From assembly GCA_001642005.1 (NCBI GenBank), contig LWCA01000050.1, positions 1 to 64,000 of the forward strand: DNA of 64,000 nucleotides. The letters run 5' to 3'. The position numbers and the translations under genes are program-made. Positions 1 through 14,118 of the stretch are shown piece after piece. This stretch comes from Intoshia linei (taxonomy: Eukaryota; Animalia; Orthonectida). The notes under the pieces were generated by a model, which was not told where the DNA came from, did no database searches, and saw nothing but the letters and a program-made list of their open reading frames with translations. Each line of letters begins with the position of its first letter. The stretch's first letter is position 1.

Positions 1-530
1 TCATCCATTTTACATTTTACTTGATCATTGAGACCATACGGGAACGTTCTTGTTCTACATATGACAGGAATAGCGCCCTCTTTAACTTTAATATCTAAAA
101 AGAACTTTGAAACGAGGTTAACGATTTTTTTTTCTACTGAATATCAAATTTAAATTTTTTTAATTCTTCCTCCATAACTGCAGTACCCTGTCCATGATCC
201 TCGTTGGCCAATTGAATGACCGCTAAACGATATTAAATTAGCATAACTTTTAAAAATCATTTGATCTCCAACAAATTTGTGTTGGTAATAAACTAACCTC
301 ACTACCAGTATCAACAATTATTTTAATATCTCTATTGTCAATATTGACTTTAATTGTCTTATTTGATGAATTTATCAGTCTAATAAATTTATAATTACCG
401 ACACATCTTCGGCTAAATTTTGGATTACACATTTTAAACATTTAATTGTTCTTCCTGGGCAGTTATTATCATTCGCTAAATGGTTTATTGATCCGCAACG
501 GAAGCATCTTTTAGAAGATTTATTTACTTT
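1..530 (-). mobile_element. Degenerate Ty3/gypsy-type gag-pol fragment (zinc knuckle, aspartic protease, start of RT region) inside the SLC16 intron
   Basis: Minus strand reads CFRCGSINHLANDNNCPGRTIKCLKC (knuckle), IIVDTGSEVSLLP (retropepsin DTG motif) and IKVKEGAIPVICRTRTFPYGLNDQVK (pre-RT motif), separated by frameshifts. Confidence 0.8.
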
Positions 531-534
531 ACTT

Positions 535-709
535 TGTGTATTAAATCGTCATGTATTATTCAAAAACTCATAATAACAAGAAATATCACTATTTAATGGT
601 TTTTATTTAAAAAATTAAATTCCGTTAACAAGTGTGTTACTAAAGGGAAAATTCAATATTAACGGAATAGCGAAAATTTTAATTCCGTTAATACGAACTT
701 AGACTGTAC
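535..709. mobile_element. Partial pogo/Tigger-like MITE (right end), same family as 5421-5991
   Basis: About 170 bp similar to 5820-5991; ends ...CTTAGACTG-TA. Confidence 0.7.
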
Positions 710-721
710 AAACAAATATAC

Positions 722-3700
722 CTGAACAAATGGGTCCAAGTAGTATTCCTATTCCAGAACATAAATTCGTATACGACCATGCAATGTCCGGTCTCAACTC
801 TGTTATTTCTGCACTTTCAGCATAACTGTATACAATTGTAAGTCCAATAAATCCACCCATTACTATAACATATTATGTGTAAAAAAATATAATTACTCAT
901 TGAATTTATCAAAATTACAGCGTAATTAACGTCAATAAGTGGCCATAAAACAAAGATCACGGATAAGGCTCCAGTTGATATTATATTGACTAGAATCAGT
1001 TTTCTTTTTAAATTGTCTCCATAAAATGAGGCAAGTATATAGTTTACTAATCATAATATTAAAATAATAATTTTACTTACAAAGTTTACAATATTACAAA
1101 TTATAAATGTACAAATTAATTTTAATTAATACTTAACATTTAAATCTTATAAAGGAAACGGTGCTTTAAATATATGTCTATTTCTCTGTGTGTGTTACAA
1201 TTTATTCAAAAAACTGACAGTCAAAGATATTTCAAAAACAATATTAAGTCAGTTTTTCCAATGTATACCATTTCACTATCAAGATGATAATAATTACAAG
1301 CAATACGATAATAACTAAATTCAATGTGATAACATTTTGAAAGACAATAAAATAATCACAAGCAACGTGATAATAACAAATGTCAATGTGATCATTGCTA
1401 TTGATATGGGTGAAAAAGTTTGTTATAAAGCGGGCCGCATAATTGGCGCCCCTAATCTTGATCTTCATTATCATATGGAACATATGAATATCATCGACAT
1501 TTTTATTAACATAACTGGACAAATTTATATCAACTTTTGATAATTATCAAAAGTTATAATTCATGATAGTATTACTCTTAACAAAATTCCATGCTTAATA
1601 TCTCAAAAATTAATTTAATTTTTTTAACAAAAGTTGCATAATCGATATATGATTCTTCCGAAAATCCAAAGGCAATTTTTCCATATCCAATAAAAATTTA
1701 ATGCGCTTTTATCCGGCCATACACATACAAAATAAAACCGTTATCCCTGACTTTTTTATTCTATCACAAATATTTAGATTTCAGAAGTGGCTAGAGTTTT
1801 GTTAGACACCCGTGTATACTATAATCCAGTTTCATCACAATTCCATACATCTTCTGTCTTATATTCAGAAAATTTCTTTATATTATATTATTCAAAAAAG
1901 AATTTGGAGCGTTTATTAATAAATACAGTTAGAAAAAAGAGTTTTTTAGAAATGACTCAATACTGACGTAGAAAATAGAAATTTTGCCCCATATAATACT
2001 GGTTATACTTTTAATTCTTTGTAACGAAGTTTGTGTTTATATATAAGTAAGGTTTTTCGAATAAACCACATTATCACATTGCATTTAACTATGATCACAT
2101 TTAAAGTAATTATTATCGCATCGATGATAAAATGGTAATGGATAATTTTCAAATTCAAAAAATAAGCAAGAAAATTTTTTTGTTTATTTCATTGTATAAG
2201 TAACATACTGAAATTCACAAATATCAAGCTGCAAACAGTGCAACCCAAAGCATTACATTTTCAATAAAAATTACAAATTGTTTTCATGTATTGAATTATG
2301 ATATAACTGTTATACAACGAAATTTACAAAACTCCCTGCAAACAGTGCAACTCAATATACTAAAATTTCTTGATACTATGTACATTGTACAACAGTATAT
2401 TATAATAATACTACTATAGCATTGTCCAAAATTGCATAAAGAAACTTAATTTAACATATATTAAAATAATTAGCTAATTTTTGTGATTCTAACAATATAC
2501 ATATTATTATAATTGAAGATCTAAAAATGGTGATATTTTAATTAGTAATTTTATTATTCTATTAAATTTTGACCCACAAATTACATAATAACATGTTTTA
2601 CATATCAAATGAAGTTTTTATTATATCTTTCAATTAATTAATGCGATGAGTTAATTTTATAATTGCATTCTTACGAAACATTTAAACAAGATTTAAACCA
2701 AAAATTACAATGTCGAACACGTATACTACAAACTTACTGCAATCATCATAAATTTTTCCTAATCTTAGCGACGCTAAATTAATGGCCCACAAATTAGAAA
2801 ACTATTAAAAGATGTACATTTTCGATTTACCCTTAAACCTGAACAAAAAGATGCGTTTAATGCTTTGTAAAATGTAATCTCATTTTTTATTTGAAACAAT
2901 CGATCTGAAAATTACAAGGATTTAATCGAAGAGTTTTTGATAAAATACCAAGAAATAAACTGCCTTTATAGCATAAAAATGTATTATCTAGAATATCATT
3001 TAGATTTCTTCGCGCTAAACTGCGGTATTTGGTCAGACGAAAAGGGTGAAAAATTTCATCAACTATGATGTTATATGAAAGACGTTTTGGAAGATGTAGA
3101 TCATTAAATATGATTTGTGATTTTGTTTGGTGGTGTTCAATAAAAAATAAATTTTAAATTTATCTAATTATTACTTTTATGAATTGGGCGTGATTTTTTA
3201 AATTAAAAATTCAATTCAAACTCGATCTAATACTACACTTAGAAAGATTTTGATTTGACTATATAACACACTTGGGTTACCAACAAAAGTTTAAAACTGT
3301 GTGATAAATATTTAAATCTTACCACATTCTGCAAAACTCAACATTGTTAATGCAAACGAACTTTTAGTGGTAGGTATACCTTTGAGTTTCATATAATACG
3401 CCTAAAATTAATAATTATTCATTCATATTCATCATTATAATAATAAATTTAAATTAATAAAAATTACAAAATTAAGAAATGGCATGTAAAACGTCAAATA
3501 AGAGATAAGACTTGCCAGAAGCCATAAAATAATTTCAGGTTTTTTAAGTAAAATGTTTAAATTTAATTTTCTATCAATTTCCAAAGAACTTTCAGTTTCT
3601 TCATTTGGTCCATGAAATATTGAAGGTCTGCTCATACTTTCATAAATTAGTGGTTCATTTTCACAAATTTCATATCGCTCTTGGTTCACATTAATGTATT

Positions 3701-6700
3701 CATCTTTAAATAAAAACGAACATGAGATGCCAGTTATCAGTACTACAAACGAGTTAATACGAAATGCTACTCTCCATCCAAAATAGAATATTAATAGAGC
3801 GTTGGTAGGATTGAATATTAAGCTACCTAATATAAACATTTATTTAATAAATAATAGTTATTATAAAGCGTTAATTTTAAAGCAAATTATGCATTATTTA
3901 TTCAAAAAGATTTTTCACCGTTATAAACATGAAATTGTATGTACCAATTGTCTTCAAAAAATGTATTTTTCTGGAAATTTTGAATGCGATGGAGGTATAA
4001 TTCATATTATCACGTTAATTTCAACTTAATATGTCAACTTAATGTCGTTTCAATGAATGAATTAATCGACATTGTTCATTAATTTAAATTAACAAAAATA
4101 ATTATTTTTATTTTTATTTAATTTATTCATTTTCCTTGTTGAAATTTTTATAATGTAAAATAGAAGCATTACCACAAGACATTCATCAGCCGCTAGAATT
4201 TAGTTTTGCGAATTTGAATATTTCAAATAATTCAAATACAAATATGAACATTAATTGTGTCAATAATATTGATGTTGATCATGAAAATGAAAATATCAAC
4301 ATTGACGGTTGGATCATGGTCGATTTTGATAACGCTGAACGCAACCTTCTGTCCAATCCAGTTGTTCGGAAAAAAATGGTTAGGAAAAGATTTGGTAGAT
4401 ACAGAAAAATTTATAGGCCATCGATTGTACACCATCATGATACTCGATGTGTGCCATGTAGAGTCTTTTCAATGAATAAAAACACTTATTAATTATTATT
4501 ATTATAAACCTATATAATTAACATTGGTTTACATTTTGCTCGAGGCCTTAAAAAAAATTAATTCTCAAATTTTTTTTGATAACGATGCGTAATGTATTAT
4601 AGTATATAGCCACCTGTCCACGTGTCTGAATTCATTATCTTATTAGTTAAATATTAAACAAAAAATAGTCATTTTATTGAAAAATACAGTTTTTTTAAAT
4701 TTTAAATTTAGTCCCTACTCTACAAAAATATCATGGTTGTTCAGATTTATGGTAAATTACCGCCTTTAAGTGTATATAATGTAGCTTGACTGTTATATAC
4801 TTCGTACAAACAGCACTAGCTCGCCGATTCGATTTTTGAATGGATTACCCTGCTATGCGAATAGAATATTTTTATTTTTATCAGACACAAACAATATAGC
4901 CAGAATAAACTCTCGATAAACGTTCTTAGAAATATGCTTTGGTTAAATTCTAGGGCTGATGTTTTAAATATACGGTAACAGACTAAGATTAAGTCTCTTT
5001 CACTATTTTAATTTTTATATAATTTGTAATACATTATATATCATGTAGTATATTAATATTTTGTTAAAAATATTAAATTTTACTACGATTGTATCGATTA
5101 ATTGGTTAATCGAATAAAACGTCGGTACTATGTGATGAGATTATAATTATACTTAAATGCGAATATTGTCATGATGGCATTGAATAAAAATTGACAAATT
5201 GTAATATTAATAAATGTACTGTTGATTTAAATAAAAGCTAGCTGTTACCTATAAAAACATGAATTCGTTTATATTACATTAAACAGCACGTTAGTTAGTA
5301 CATAAAATGTATTTTTTATAAATTTAGTTTTTAAAACAACTTCAAAGTAAATTCAATTTGCGTTTAACCCTTTCACTGTTTAAGAACCACCATCTGTAAT
5401 CAGTAAATATACAATATAAATACATTCTTACCCCTTATTAACGGAAATTTTTTTAGCGGAAATTCCATTTTAGCGGAAAAATTCCATATTAACGGAATTA
5501 TAAATTATTTATGTTTTCTTAACAAATTTAAATGAACCAAAAATTCCGTTAAAAATTTTATCTCTAAATCTCTAGAATCTATTTTTAATAGAATCATAAA
5601 TATTAACTCATTTTGGTACTAATTACAAGTCAATTTATTACGTTTTTTATCAAATTTTTAATAGATATTAAATTAGATGGCGTTAATTAGAAATAATTAC
5701 TATCTTTGCGAAAATATTATTTCTAAATTTTTATTTTATATCTGTAAATAATTTAAATTTGATAAAATTTTTCATGCACTCCAAAAAACTGATGTGGACC
5801 CGTTGTTAATGTTTTGTGCATATTACTTCGTCATGTATTAGTCAAAAACTAATAATAACAAGAAATATGACTAGCTAATGGTTTCTATTTAACTAAATTA
5901 AATTCCGTTAACTAGGGTGTTATTATGGGAAAAATTCAATAATAACGGAATTACGGGATTTTATATTCTGTTAATAAGGACTTAGACTATAAAATACAGA
6001 AAAAATTTATTTATGCTTTTAAAACATGATTTTTTTAAATCTATAATCTTTATTTAAATATTTAAAAAAAAAAGATTATATTTATCAGTTCTTAAAAATT
6101 TACATAATAATGTAATATTAGTCATATTTAACTATTAGATGACATTAGTTCAAATTGAATTGTCGACGTGTGTAAAGAATCACAAAATTTATTTAGACTG
6201 TGAAAGGTTAATGCCGGAAAAAATCTTGATCCCAATTGATGTTTTTAAATATGAATGATTAATTACTCAAAAATTAATAACTGATTTTAGAAATTTAAAA
6301 AATATTGAATAAACAAATAAACTAAATATTTATAACATTTTGATTGAATTTTAGAAATTATACAAATCCAGGGCTGTACGGCATGAGAAATAAGTAAAAA
6401 CTAATTTCTAGGATTTGAGTTTTTAATATTATTGCAAAAAAAACGGACAACTCAACGATTTAATATTACTCGCTTTAATTTGAACTTATATTTATTTTTA
6501 TTAACTATATATTATTAACCTTTAAACTATTACATTTGTTATAATTTTTAAAATTATTAATAGTGTCATTTAATAATTCATTATCAATATACTTGACTGA
6601 AGGCATTTCACAAAGGTATTGACTCGGTGTATTCCACGTTCAGTCACTTGGTTTGTTAAATTAACTTTCAATGGAGGTAAAGATATTGATGTTTTTTAAG

Positions 6701-9700
6701 AAAAATAAGATTATTACAATGTATATTATGTTATATTAATGTATATAAACAATAATGTAAATAGCCAGAATTCTAGAAATTAAATTGTTAATAAAATCCA
6801 AAAAAATTGAGCTAGAAACAAATTTAAAAAAATAAATTGTATAACTAAACATGGAGAACAATATCATATTGTCGGTATTACGTTTAAAAGCTCAAACGCC
6901 AATTTCCATTAAAATAAAGTTCAGTTTTAATTCCCCCATAATATTTTTAAAGTGATATTTAAAATGACAAACGCAACTCGAATAGATAGCGTTAAATGTT
7001 TTTGATTGCTAATTTGAATTTTTAGTTTAAAAATACACACTTTTAGTACTAATTTCCCATCTAGTTCCAAAATTTTCAAAAAAATGTGACACACTAATGA
7101 TTAGGGCCTAATGTATATATTATATAACTGAATTTTATTATATGTGGTTCAGTACAATATTATTTTTTTGTAATTATACATTATTATTCAATATTTTATT
7201 ATTAAAAATTTTTAAGTCCTCTACGAATATTTAAATTAAATAATAATATTATAATTTATTAAATTTTGTTTGCATTTGAAATCATACGGTTAGTAATGTT
7301 AAAATTAACATAATATTATTTATTACGTTTATGATACATAAATAACATTTAATTCCAGTTATTTTAATAATGGCATAGATCCCTCTCGAAATGAGAAAAA
7401 ATACAATCGACTTTCATCATAATATATAATCATAAATCATAATTCATCCAAAACTGATTTTTAAACATAAAATTGCTACAGTACCGTGCAAATGTTTTGA
7501 GCATGTATATCCTAATTTTGTAATTTACCAATAAAGTATCTTGAATATTGACATCATCAATAGATAAAATTTCTGCTTGTTCAGAATTTTATTCTGATCA
7601 ATATCCAATTTAAATTTTATGAATCGGTTATCAAAATCAAAACTTACAAATATAAATACATTTTATTACAATAATATGGTCGTGCATATGTTTTAAGCAC
7701 CTATTTTTAATTTATCGATAAGAAACTCGGAAATCGTTTTAAAAATATTAAAAAAAAATAAAAAATAAAATTAAATTTTATCTAATTATTTCAATTTAAT
7801 ATTTATTTTACAAAAAAATTTAAAAATAAAATGACCAAAATATCAATCGAAAAACGTGAAAAGGTTATCGCTTTATCTAATCAACGAAAAATCTCAAAAT
7901 ATTATAGCTTCAATGTTGAATATTTTAAGGCACAGTGTCCAGGAGATTATTAAGAAATGGGATACCGAAAGAAATGTTGAAGATCGCTCCAAATCCGGCT
8001 GTTAGAGAATATTAACAGAGCGCGCAAAGAGGAAAATCGCTATTGAATCTAAAAAAGATCCATCAAAAACAGCTAACATGTTAAGATATGAATTGGATCT
8101 ATTTGAAACCATCTCAGTTGACACAGTAAAGCGTAGTTTAAGAAGAAATTTTTTGTTTGGTCGTATTTCTGCACAAAAATTAAAATTGGCAATAAATCAT
8201 ATTCAAAAAAGAAATCGTTGGTGTAGAATGAGGCGTGATTGGACTCAATCCGATTGGAATAAGATTATTTTCTCAGATGAAGCTAAAATACATTATATCC
8301 TAATTCAAAATCATATGTTAGAAGGCCAAAAAATTGTAGATTCAATTCAAAATATATCACTCCTACCGTTAAGTTTTCACCTTCAATTATGGTATGGGCT
8401 GTTATTCGGTTAGCTGTCATACTTCTCGAAGCACTGCTCTCTTTTTCGAAACGCAATCTATTGATTTGTTACCAAATCGGCCCGCACAAAGTCCTGATCT
8501 TAACATAATTGAACATTACTGGGCAGACCTGAAGGCAAGGATCAAAATAAGGGCTCCAAAAACAATAGACGAGGTTTGGGTTGTTACTAAAGAAGAGTTT
8601 TACAAATTGAAGATATCCGCATTAAAAATTTGTATGATTCGTTGTATAATAGGATTAGCTCTGTTATTAAGAACAAGGGCGGACATACAAAAGATTAAAT
8701 CTATTATGTATGTTTGTCTTTTTAATTTATACAACTTTAAATTTATTTTTAAAAAGTGTTAAATATGGTGCTCAAAACATATGCAAGGCCATATTTTTTT
8801 TAAAAATGTATTTATATCTATAAGATTTGATTTTGACAACCGATTGATAAAATTTAAATTGGATATTGATCAGCATTAAATTCTTAATAAGCAAACATTT
8901 TTTCTATTTGTGATGTCTATATTTAATATACTTTATTGTTAAATTTTTAAATTTGGATATACATGCTCAAAACATTTGCACGGTACTGTAGATACTGTGG
9001 AGCTTCAAGACACTCAGTTCAAGAAATCATTTAAAAATACAATAATTAAAAATTCGTCTTGCAATGTAGATGAGCCCAGATCAAGACATTTGTACCTAAA
9101 ATTATTTATAGTTATTGTTAAAGTGAAAATTTGTATTTCTCGAAAATATATCTGTTTTTAATTCTTTTTTTTAACCCCATGTTATAAAATTCTATATTCT
9201 GTATTTTAATAAAAATTCATATCATTATTGCTCTTATTATCACTATTATTATCACTAAATACGATTTTGTTTCACAAAATTATTTTACATTGCATTAAAA
9301 CTATTCAATAGTTTCCTTGTATAGTATTATATTTATAACTTGCCATTCTTGTAATTTAGAAAAAGTTGGCGAGATAGAGAATTTAAAATTATAGAAACAG
9401 CATATAAAACTTAAATTAAGGGTTAAATTGCAATAAAATGTAAATTGTAATACAAGTTGTAAAATGTAATACAAAATAACTTGAAAAATGGTTTTAAAAC
9501 TTTTAGTTTATATTTTAAATTAATGGCGAGTTAGAGAATTGGCGAGTCGTGGAGAGAATATTGTATATTTAAACCATAGTGTAAAATGTACCAAACACCA
9601 AACATTTAAATACAATTTGTAAAAAGTAAAAACACTTTAAAACACTCAAAATTGACATAAAATTATTTTTTAAAGTAATACTATGCAATATGTTTATTTT

Positions 9701-10653
9701 TTATTTAAATAATAATCAATACATATAAAGTATATTATACGTGCATGATGTCAAACATTGTAAGTTCACATTTGTCATTTATCATAATAAAATATTGGCA
9801 TAATCATTATAAACTATGTTTGTGTTGGGAATAAGACTAACTCGAGAAATGTAATAAAGAAATGTAATTGGCCTTAATTTAAAAGGAAAATGATATATTA
9901 TTATATCTAATATACTACAATTTTTTAATTACAGATGGAAAATAAAATTTATAAAATATTATATTTGATATAATTACAAATTGTTATTTTAGCTTTAATA
10001 TAAGTTATTATAATGTTTTTTTGAATAATACCAAATTAAATGTAGAAATAAATAAATAAAATAAATTAAAATGTTAAATTTACCTAGAGGATATCCACAA
10101 AGTAATATGCTGGTAGCTAAAACATGATATCTGTGATTTCTGTCAAAGTATTCTCCAATAAGTAATGATGTAGACATGTAAATAATACTGGATCCGATGC
10201 CATACATGACACTGTGAGTTAAAAAAATCCATTCAAATGTATATATTATTGACGAAAACATGCAACTTGCACTCAATATGATTGTTCCAATAATCGTAGA
10301 TCTTTGATATGCATTTTTCCCCATTTTTCGTATAATGAAAACCGTTAACGGAGACAAACAAAGTGAAACTGCGAATGAAAGCGTTCCAACCCAATCTAAA
10401 TGTCAACATGTTAATATTATTTACATTTTCTTATTTTACTTTCTTCAGCCATAGTTTTCTTGTAGGTAGTTTGTAAATTGACTATAAAAACACCAAAGCT
10501 ATATGTAATACCCGACCTCGCTACAGTTATTACCAGTATAGCCAAACATGTCGACCAACCGCGTCGATCTTCTTTAAAATTCATCCATATTTTTTGAGTC
10601 TTTCCTACAGTCAAATCTTTAATGGATCTATAAGCGTTGAAAATTGCGCTCAT
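722..10653 (-). CDS. MFS monocarboxylate transporter (SLC16/MCT-like), 3' end beyond window start; exons 10653-10440, 10395-10084, 3826-3468, 3401-3323, 1046-897, 862-722
   Basis: GT-AG splicing gives a continuous frame: EDRRGWSTCLAILVITVARSGITYSFGVF...NWVGTLSFAVSLCLSP...HSVMYGIGSSIIY...EYFDRNH...LGPICSG, which are SLC16-type motifs with many TM helices. Confidence 0.85.
2745..3140 (+). mobile_element. Chapaev3-like (CMC) transposase C-terminal remnant
   Basis: Frameshifted translation FPNLSDAKL..PQIRKLLKD...NNRSENYKDLIEEF...HLDFF...SDEKGEKFHQ...MICDFVW matches the conserved Chapaev3-type C-terminus. Confidence 0.7.
4782..5030 (-). mobile_element. Short copy of non-autonomous Helitron-like family
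   Basis: Contains the reverse complement of the family 3' hairpin module (GCTGTTTGTACGAAGTATATAACAGTCAAG) and 5' module (TCTGTTACCGTATATTT). Confidence 0.55.
5368..6207. mobile_element. piggyBac-like MITE containing a nested pogo-like MITE
   Basis: TTAA (5364-5367) CCCTTTCACTGTTTAA ... TTAGACTGTGAAAGG TTAA (6208-6211): imperfect TIRs with TTAA target sites. Confidence 0.7.
5421..5991. mobile_element. pogo/Tigger-like MITE
   Basis: Ends TACATTCTTACCCCTTATTAACGGAA / TTCTGTTAATAAGGACTTAGACTATA; repeated subterminal TAACGGAA motifs; right end repeated at 535-709. Confidence 0.65.
6745..7100. repeat. Dispersed repeat, inverted copy of 24562-24910 (unclassified DNA element end)
   Basis: Shared block AAATGACAAACGCAACTCGAATAGATAGCGTTAAATGTTTTTGATTGC and flanks. 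Confidence 0.8.
7479..8988 (+). mobile_element. Tc1-family transposon, IR/DR type, defective (frameshifts, internal deletion)
   Basis: About 225-bp TIRs starting CAGTACCGTGCAAATGTTTTGAGCA with an inner direct repeat; TA TSDs at 7477-78 and 8989-90; transposase from ATG 7831 with WNKIIFSDE and PAQSPDLNIIEH; the segment around the second catalytic Asp is missing. Confidence 0.92.
9322..9563. mobile_element. pogo-like MITE family B
   Basis: Imperfect TIR (C/T)AGTATT...AACT(C/T)GCCA with TA flanks; copies at 32175-32398 and 55292-55415. Confidence 0.8.
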
Positions 10654-12204
10654 GATAAAATACACATGTTTGAATTTTAAAAATGAAAATAAATTAATGT
10701 ATTATGACCACTAACAATAATCAATATTTTTATTTTGCGCATTGGTGTTATTATTTAAAAAAATATATCTTTGTATATTCTAATGAACATAATATGATGT
10801 TTATCATTCAAGTAAAATGGTAATATTGATAAATAATCAATAGGAACACTAAAATTTTAAATAATTAAATAAATCCACAATATAAAATTGCAGTCAGTAT
10901 AAAATTTTAATGGTGATTGATTACATATTTTTCAAGAAACGTCAAAATTTTATGTTTTAATGTAAAAGTAATTAGTGATTTCCTCTAGCGATATTTATAA
11001 TAAATTTAAATTGATCATCTATATTAATCAAAATATTGCATTATTTTGGATATTTACATGCAAGTAATATCTATTTTACTTGATTGTACATCTTTTTTCA
11101 ATCAAAGGAATTATATTGATTAAATTAATTTGCATTTAATATAATAGTGCCATTAAGAAACATTTTATATTGAAACTATTTCAATTATATTTAGTGCAGT
11201 AGTTGACTTATTTTCATTAATTTTAATTGAAATTTAATGTCCAGTTTTAATTGTTAAAAATTAATTATTCGTCAGAGACAAACAACATACTTTTTGACTC
11301 GTAATTTTTTTACATATTTTGTTAATAAAATTTTAACTCTTAATTGAACCTAATAAAGTGAAAACGATTTTGATTGTTACTATAATTATTGTTATTACGA
11401 TGGTTCATTTGTTCTTAAAATTATCTTTCAATTTATCTTGAAATATCAAATCAATGTATGATTCAAAATTTTAAATTCATTCAGCTGGTTCCATTAGCAG
11501 TTCACCATTAATTTATAATATTGATGGCTTATTGAAATTGTTCATTGTCATCGGCGCAATTGTAGTATTGAAGACTATGATTGTAATTGTAAAACATGTT
11601 GTTAAAGTATTTATTAATAACCTAACTTTTACACTACTTCCACATTCTCTAGGATACCATAAAGGGTACGCTCAATTTTTGTCTTTTCCGAATTTTTATT
11701 TTTAATTGTTTAAAATTGAGTAACCACAACTTTTTATTATTAATAACGTTGTTCAACTACGTTAAACCAATATTACCGTCATTTTATTTAATTTTGATTA
11801 TTTTTTATAATTTATACTGTTTGTATTATATCTTCATTCTAAAACAATTGTTAGCAAAACAAAATTATAAAATATACCTCGATCACGTTGAAAACACTCT
11901 TAAAGATATAATATCATACAAACATGTCAAACGTGAAAAAATAAACTGAAAATTTTAGCGCTAAACATGATTACTATGATTTTGTTTATTTAATAAAACT
12001 GTTTTTGTTTTGCTAATTAATAATCGCTTCAATGATTTTATAATTTCCAACTTCAATGTTAGAATTATCATCGGTATTATTAATCATGGAATAGACTAAA
12101 TATTACTTGCAATTATTAATAGCGTTGTTCAACAACTTATAAGTTGATAATTATCAACCAATATTACCAATTTTGCGGTCTTAGGATTTTTAGAAACACT
12201 ATAT

Positions 12205-12640
12205 ACGAGTTGACCGTTATGTACTACGTACAATCAGCATTGAGTTTTGTATAGGGCGGAATGTTTTAATTCTACGAAAAAAATAAATGTAATAATAAAA
12301 TCTTACTTCAAAATGCTACATTCACCATTATAAAACCTTTAAACGAGTGTATCCGAAACTTATTTCACCATGAACCCGTAATTTCACATTTTTTTAATTT
12401 AAAGTGAATTATTTCTTTTTAATTTTATTTTAACATTTGTATAAAGAATTTTAAAATTATCAGTTTGTTTTACATACAGTTTGTTAATATAATAATTTAT
12501 CATATTTAATGATTTTACTCTCGAAAATCAGTAATAGAAATATAGAATTTTTAAAACTCGACTCCTCTTACTTTATTGAATAAACTAGAACAAACAGATT
12601 AATAAATAAACAGATGTACTTTTTTGAGATAATGTCATCT
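12205..12640 (-). mobile_element. Short Helitron-like copy, head-to-head with 12730-14118
   Basis: Reverse complement of the family 3' end (GTACGTAGTACATAACGGTCAACTCGT) at 12205 and a diverged 5' module at about 12520-12640. Confidence 0.6.
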
Positions 12641-12729
12641 TCAGATAAACAAAAAGATAAACAGGTTTGATAAACACTAATTCGGACTCAAAGATATATT
12701 TTAAAAATATATAAAAGTACCCAATTTAA

Positions 12730-14118
12730 TCCTTACTCATATAATTATGAGTATTTGTTATATTTGTTTGTGTGTATGTTACCGTTTATTTCAGTAATTA
12801 CCAGTCTTAGAATTTTATAAAATTCACATTTCAATTACTGTTTTTTCCGGTAGTGTTAGCAAAATAACTTTCAACCTCCCAAACTTACATCTTACGGGTC
12901 AAAAAGCTCTTTTGTCCTTTTTTTGAAAATCAAACGGGTTCGATAATTTTAAAAAATATTATATATACTGTGATACGGATTTTAAAATTATAAATATTAT
13001 CATAAATTTAAATATAAAAAAAATATATCTTCAGGGTCAAAATCTTAATTGTCCTTCTTTTTTTAATGAAAACAGACCTTAAATTTTAAAAAATTTACAG
13101 GTTGTACAGTTGTATCCTGTAAACACACACAGAAAATTTCAATCCGAATACTTGACGACTTCACAGTCAAAAAAGCATTTTAATATTCATATATTTTTTT
13201 TCCGAAATATTTTATTAAAACACCAGAAATCTACGCAATCCCGGTGAAAAATAATTTTTAATAATTTATTAACCAAAATAAAAATTGAAAATGTAAATAT
13301 TGATCTACAATTTGAAAAAAAGTGTGCATTGTACGTCTACACATTTCCAATAAAGACATATTGGTGAAAATCTATATAATTTATTCCTTCGGAATTGTTT
13401 TCATTGCTACGCAATTTGTAAATCTCAAATTCTCATTTTCAAAAAATTTTGTTCAAAATTTAAATTAAAACTACAACAGCGAATTACTAAAAGTAAAACA
13501 ACATTGTTATTATCTTTTTTATATTTAATACAATCCTTTGCAATATTGGTAAAATTCACCTGAAATATGTTTATAAAGTGCTGATTCCGTTAATTATTGA
13601 TACATAATTAAAATTTTTAAGTATTTATTAAATTGGTACTCAATATATATCATCACATTGAAAATGACAAATTAGGTTTTTATAATTTTATTTTTTCTGG
13701 AATTTATGCTATTTATGACATTTTTTAGGATTGGACTGTTTTTACTTTATTTTTAATATTATACACACATTCTGTCTAATAAAATTGGACTGTTTTTACT
13801 TTATTTTTAATATTATACACACATTCTGTCTAATAAAATTCAAAAAATGGGATAACAATTTTTTTCAAAATTCTATACGTAAATGTTAACAAACAAAAAA
13901 TTAAGATGGAATAATTCACTTTAAAGTAAAAAGTAGTGTGATATAATGGTTCCATCTGAAACAATTTTGGGAACCACACCTTTAAAGGATTGATAATAGT
14001 GAATAGTAAGATTTTTAAGTTAGATTTTTAACGTGAATTTATTTTTTTGGTATAATAAACATGTGCCCTCGGCAAAGCTAAGTAATGTTTGTACGTAGTA
14101 CATAACAATCAATTTAGT
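12730..14118 (+). mobile_element. Non-autonomous Helitron-like element (about 1.4 kb)
   Basis: A|TCCTTAC 5' end followed by a (TG/TTTG) microsatellite; 3' hairpin GTTTGTAC-GTA-GTACATAAC about 8 bp before TTAG|T (CTAG|T in the copy at 55205-55209); no TSD; perfect 54-bp internal tandem duplication at 13730-13840. Confidence 0.72.

Noticed and set aside
11400-11950. Coding-like segment and 77-aa ORF upstream of the SLC16 gene
   Set aside because: Multiple stops, no motifs and no consistent splice model
13730-13840. 54-bp direct repeat as a CRISPR-like array
   Set aside because: Two adjacent copies without spacers inside a Helitron-like element in a eukaryotic genome
12205-14118. A single large foldback/TIR transposon
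   Set aside because: The inverted ends are 3' modules of two oppositely oriented Helitron-like copies, each with its own 5' module; no TSD
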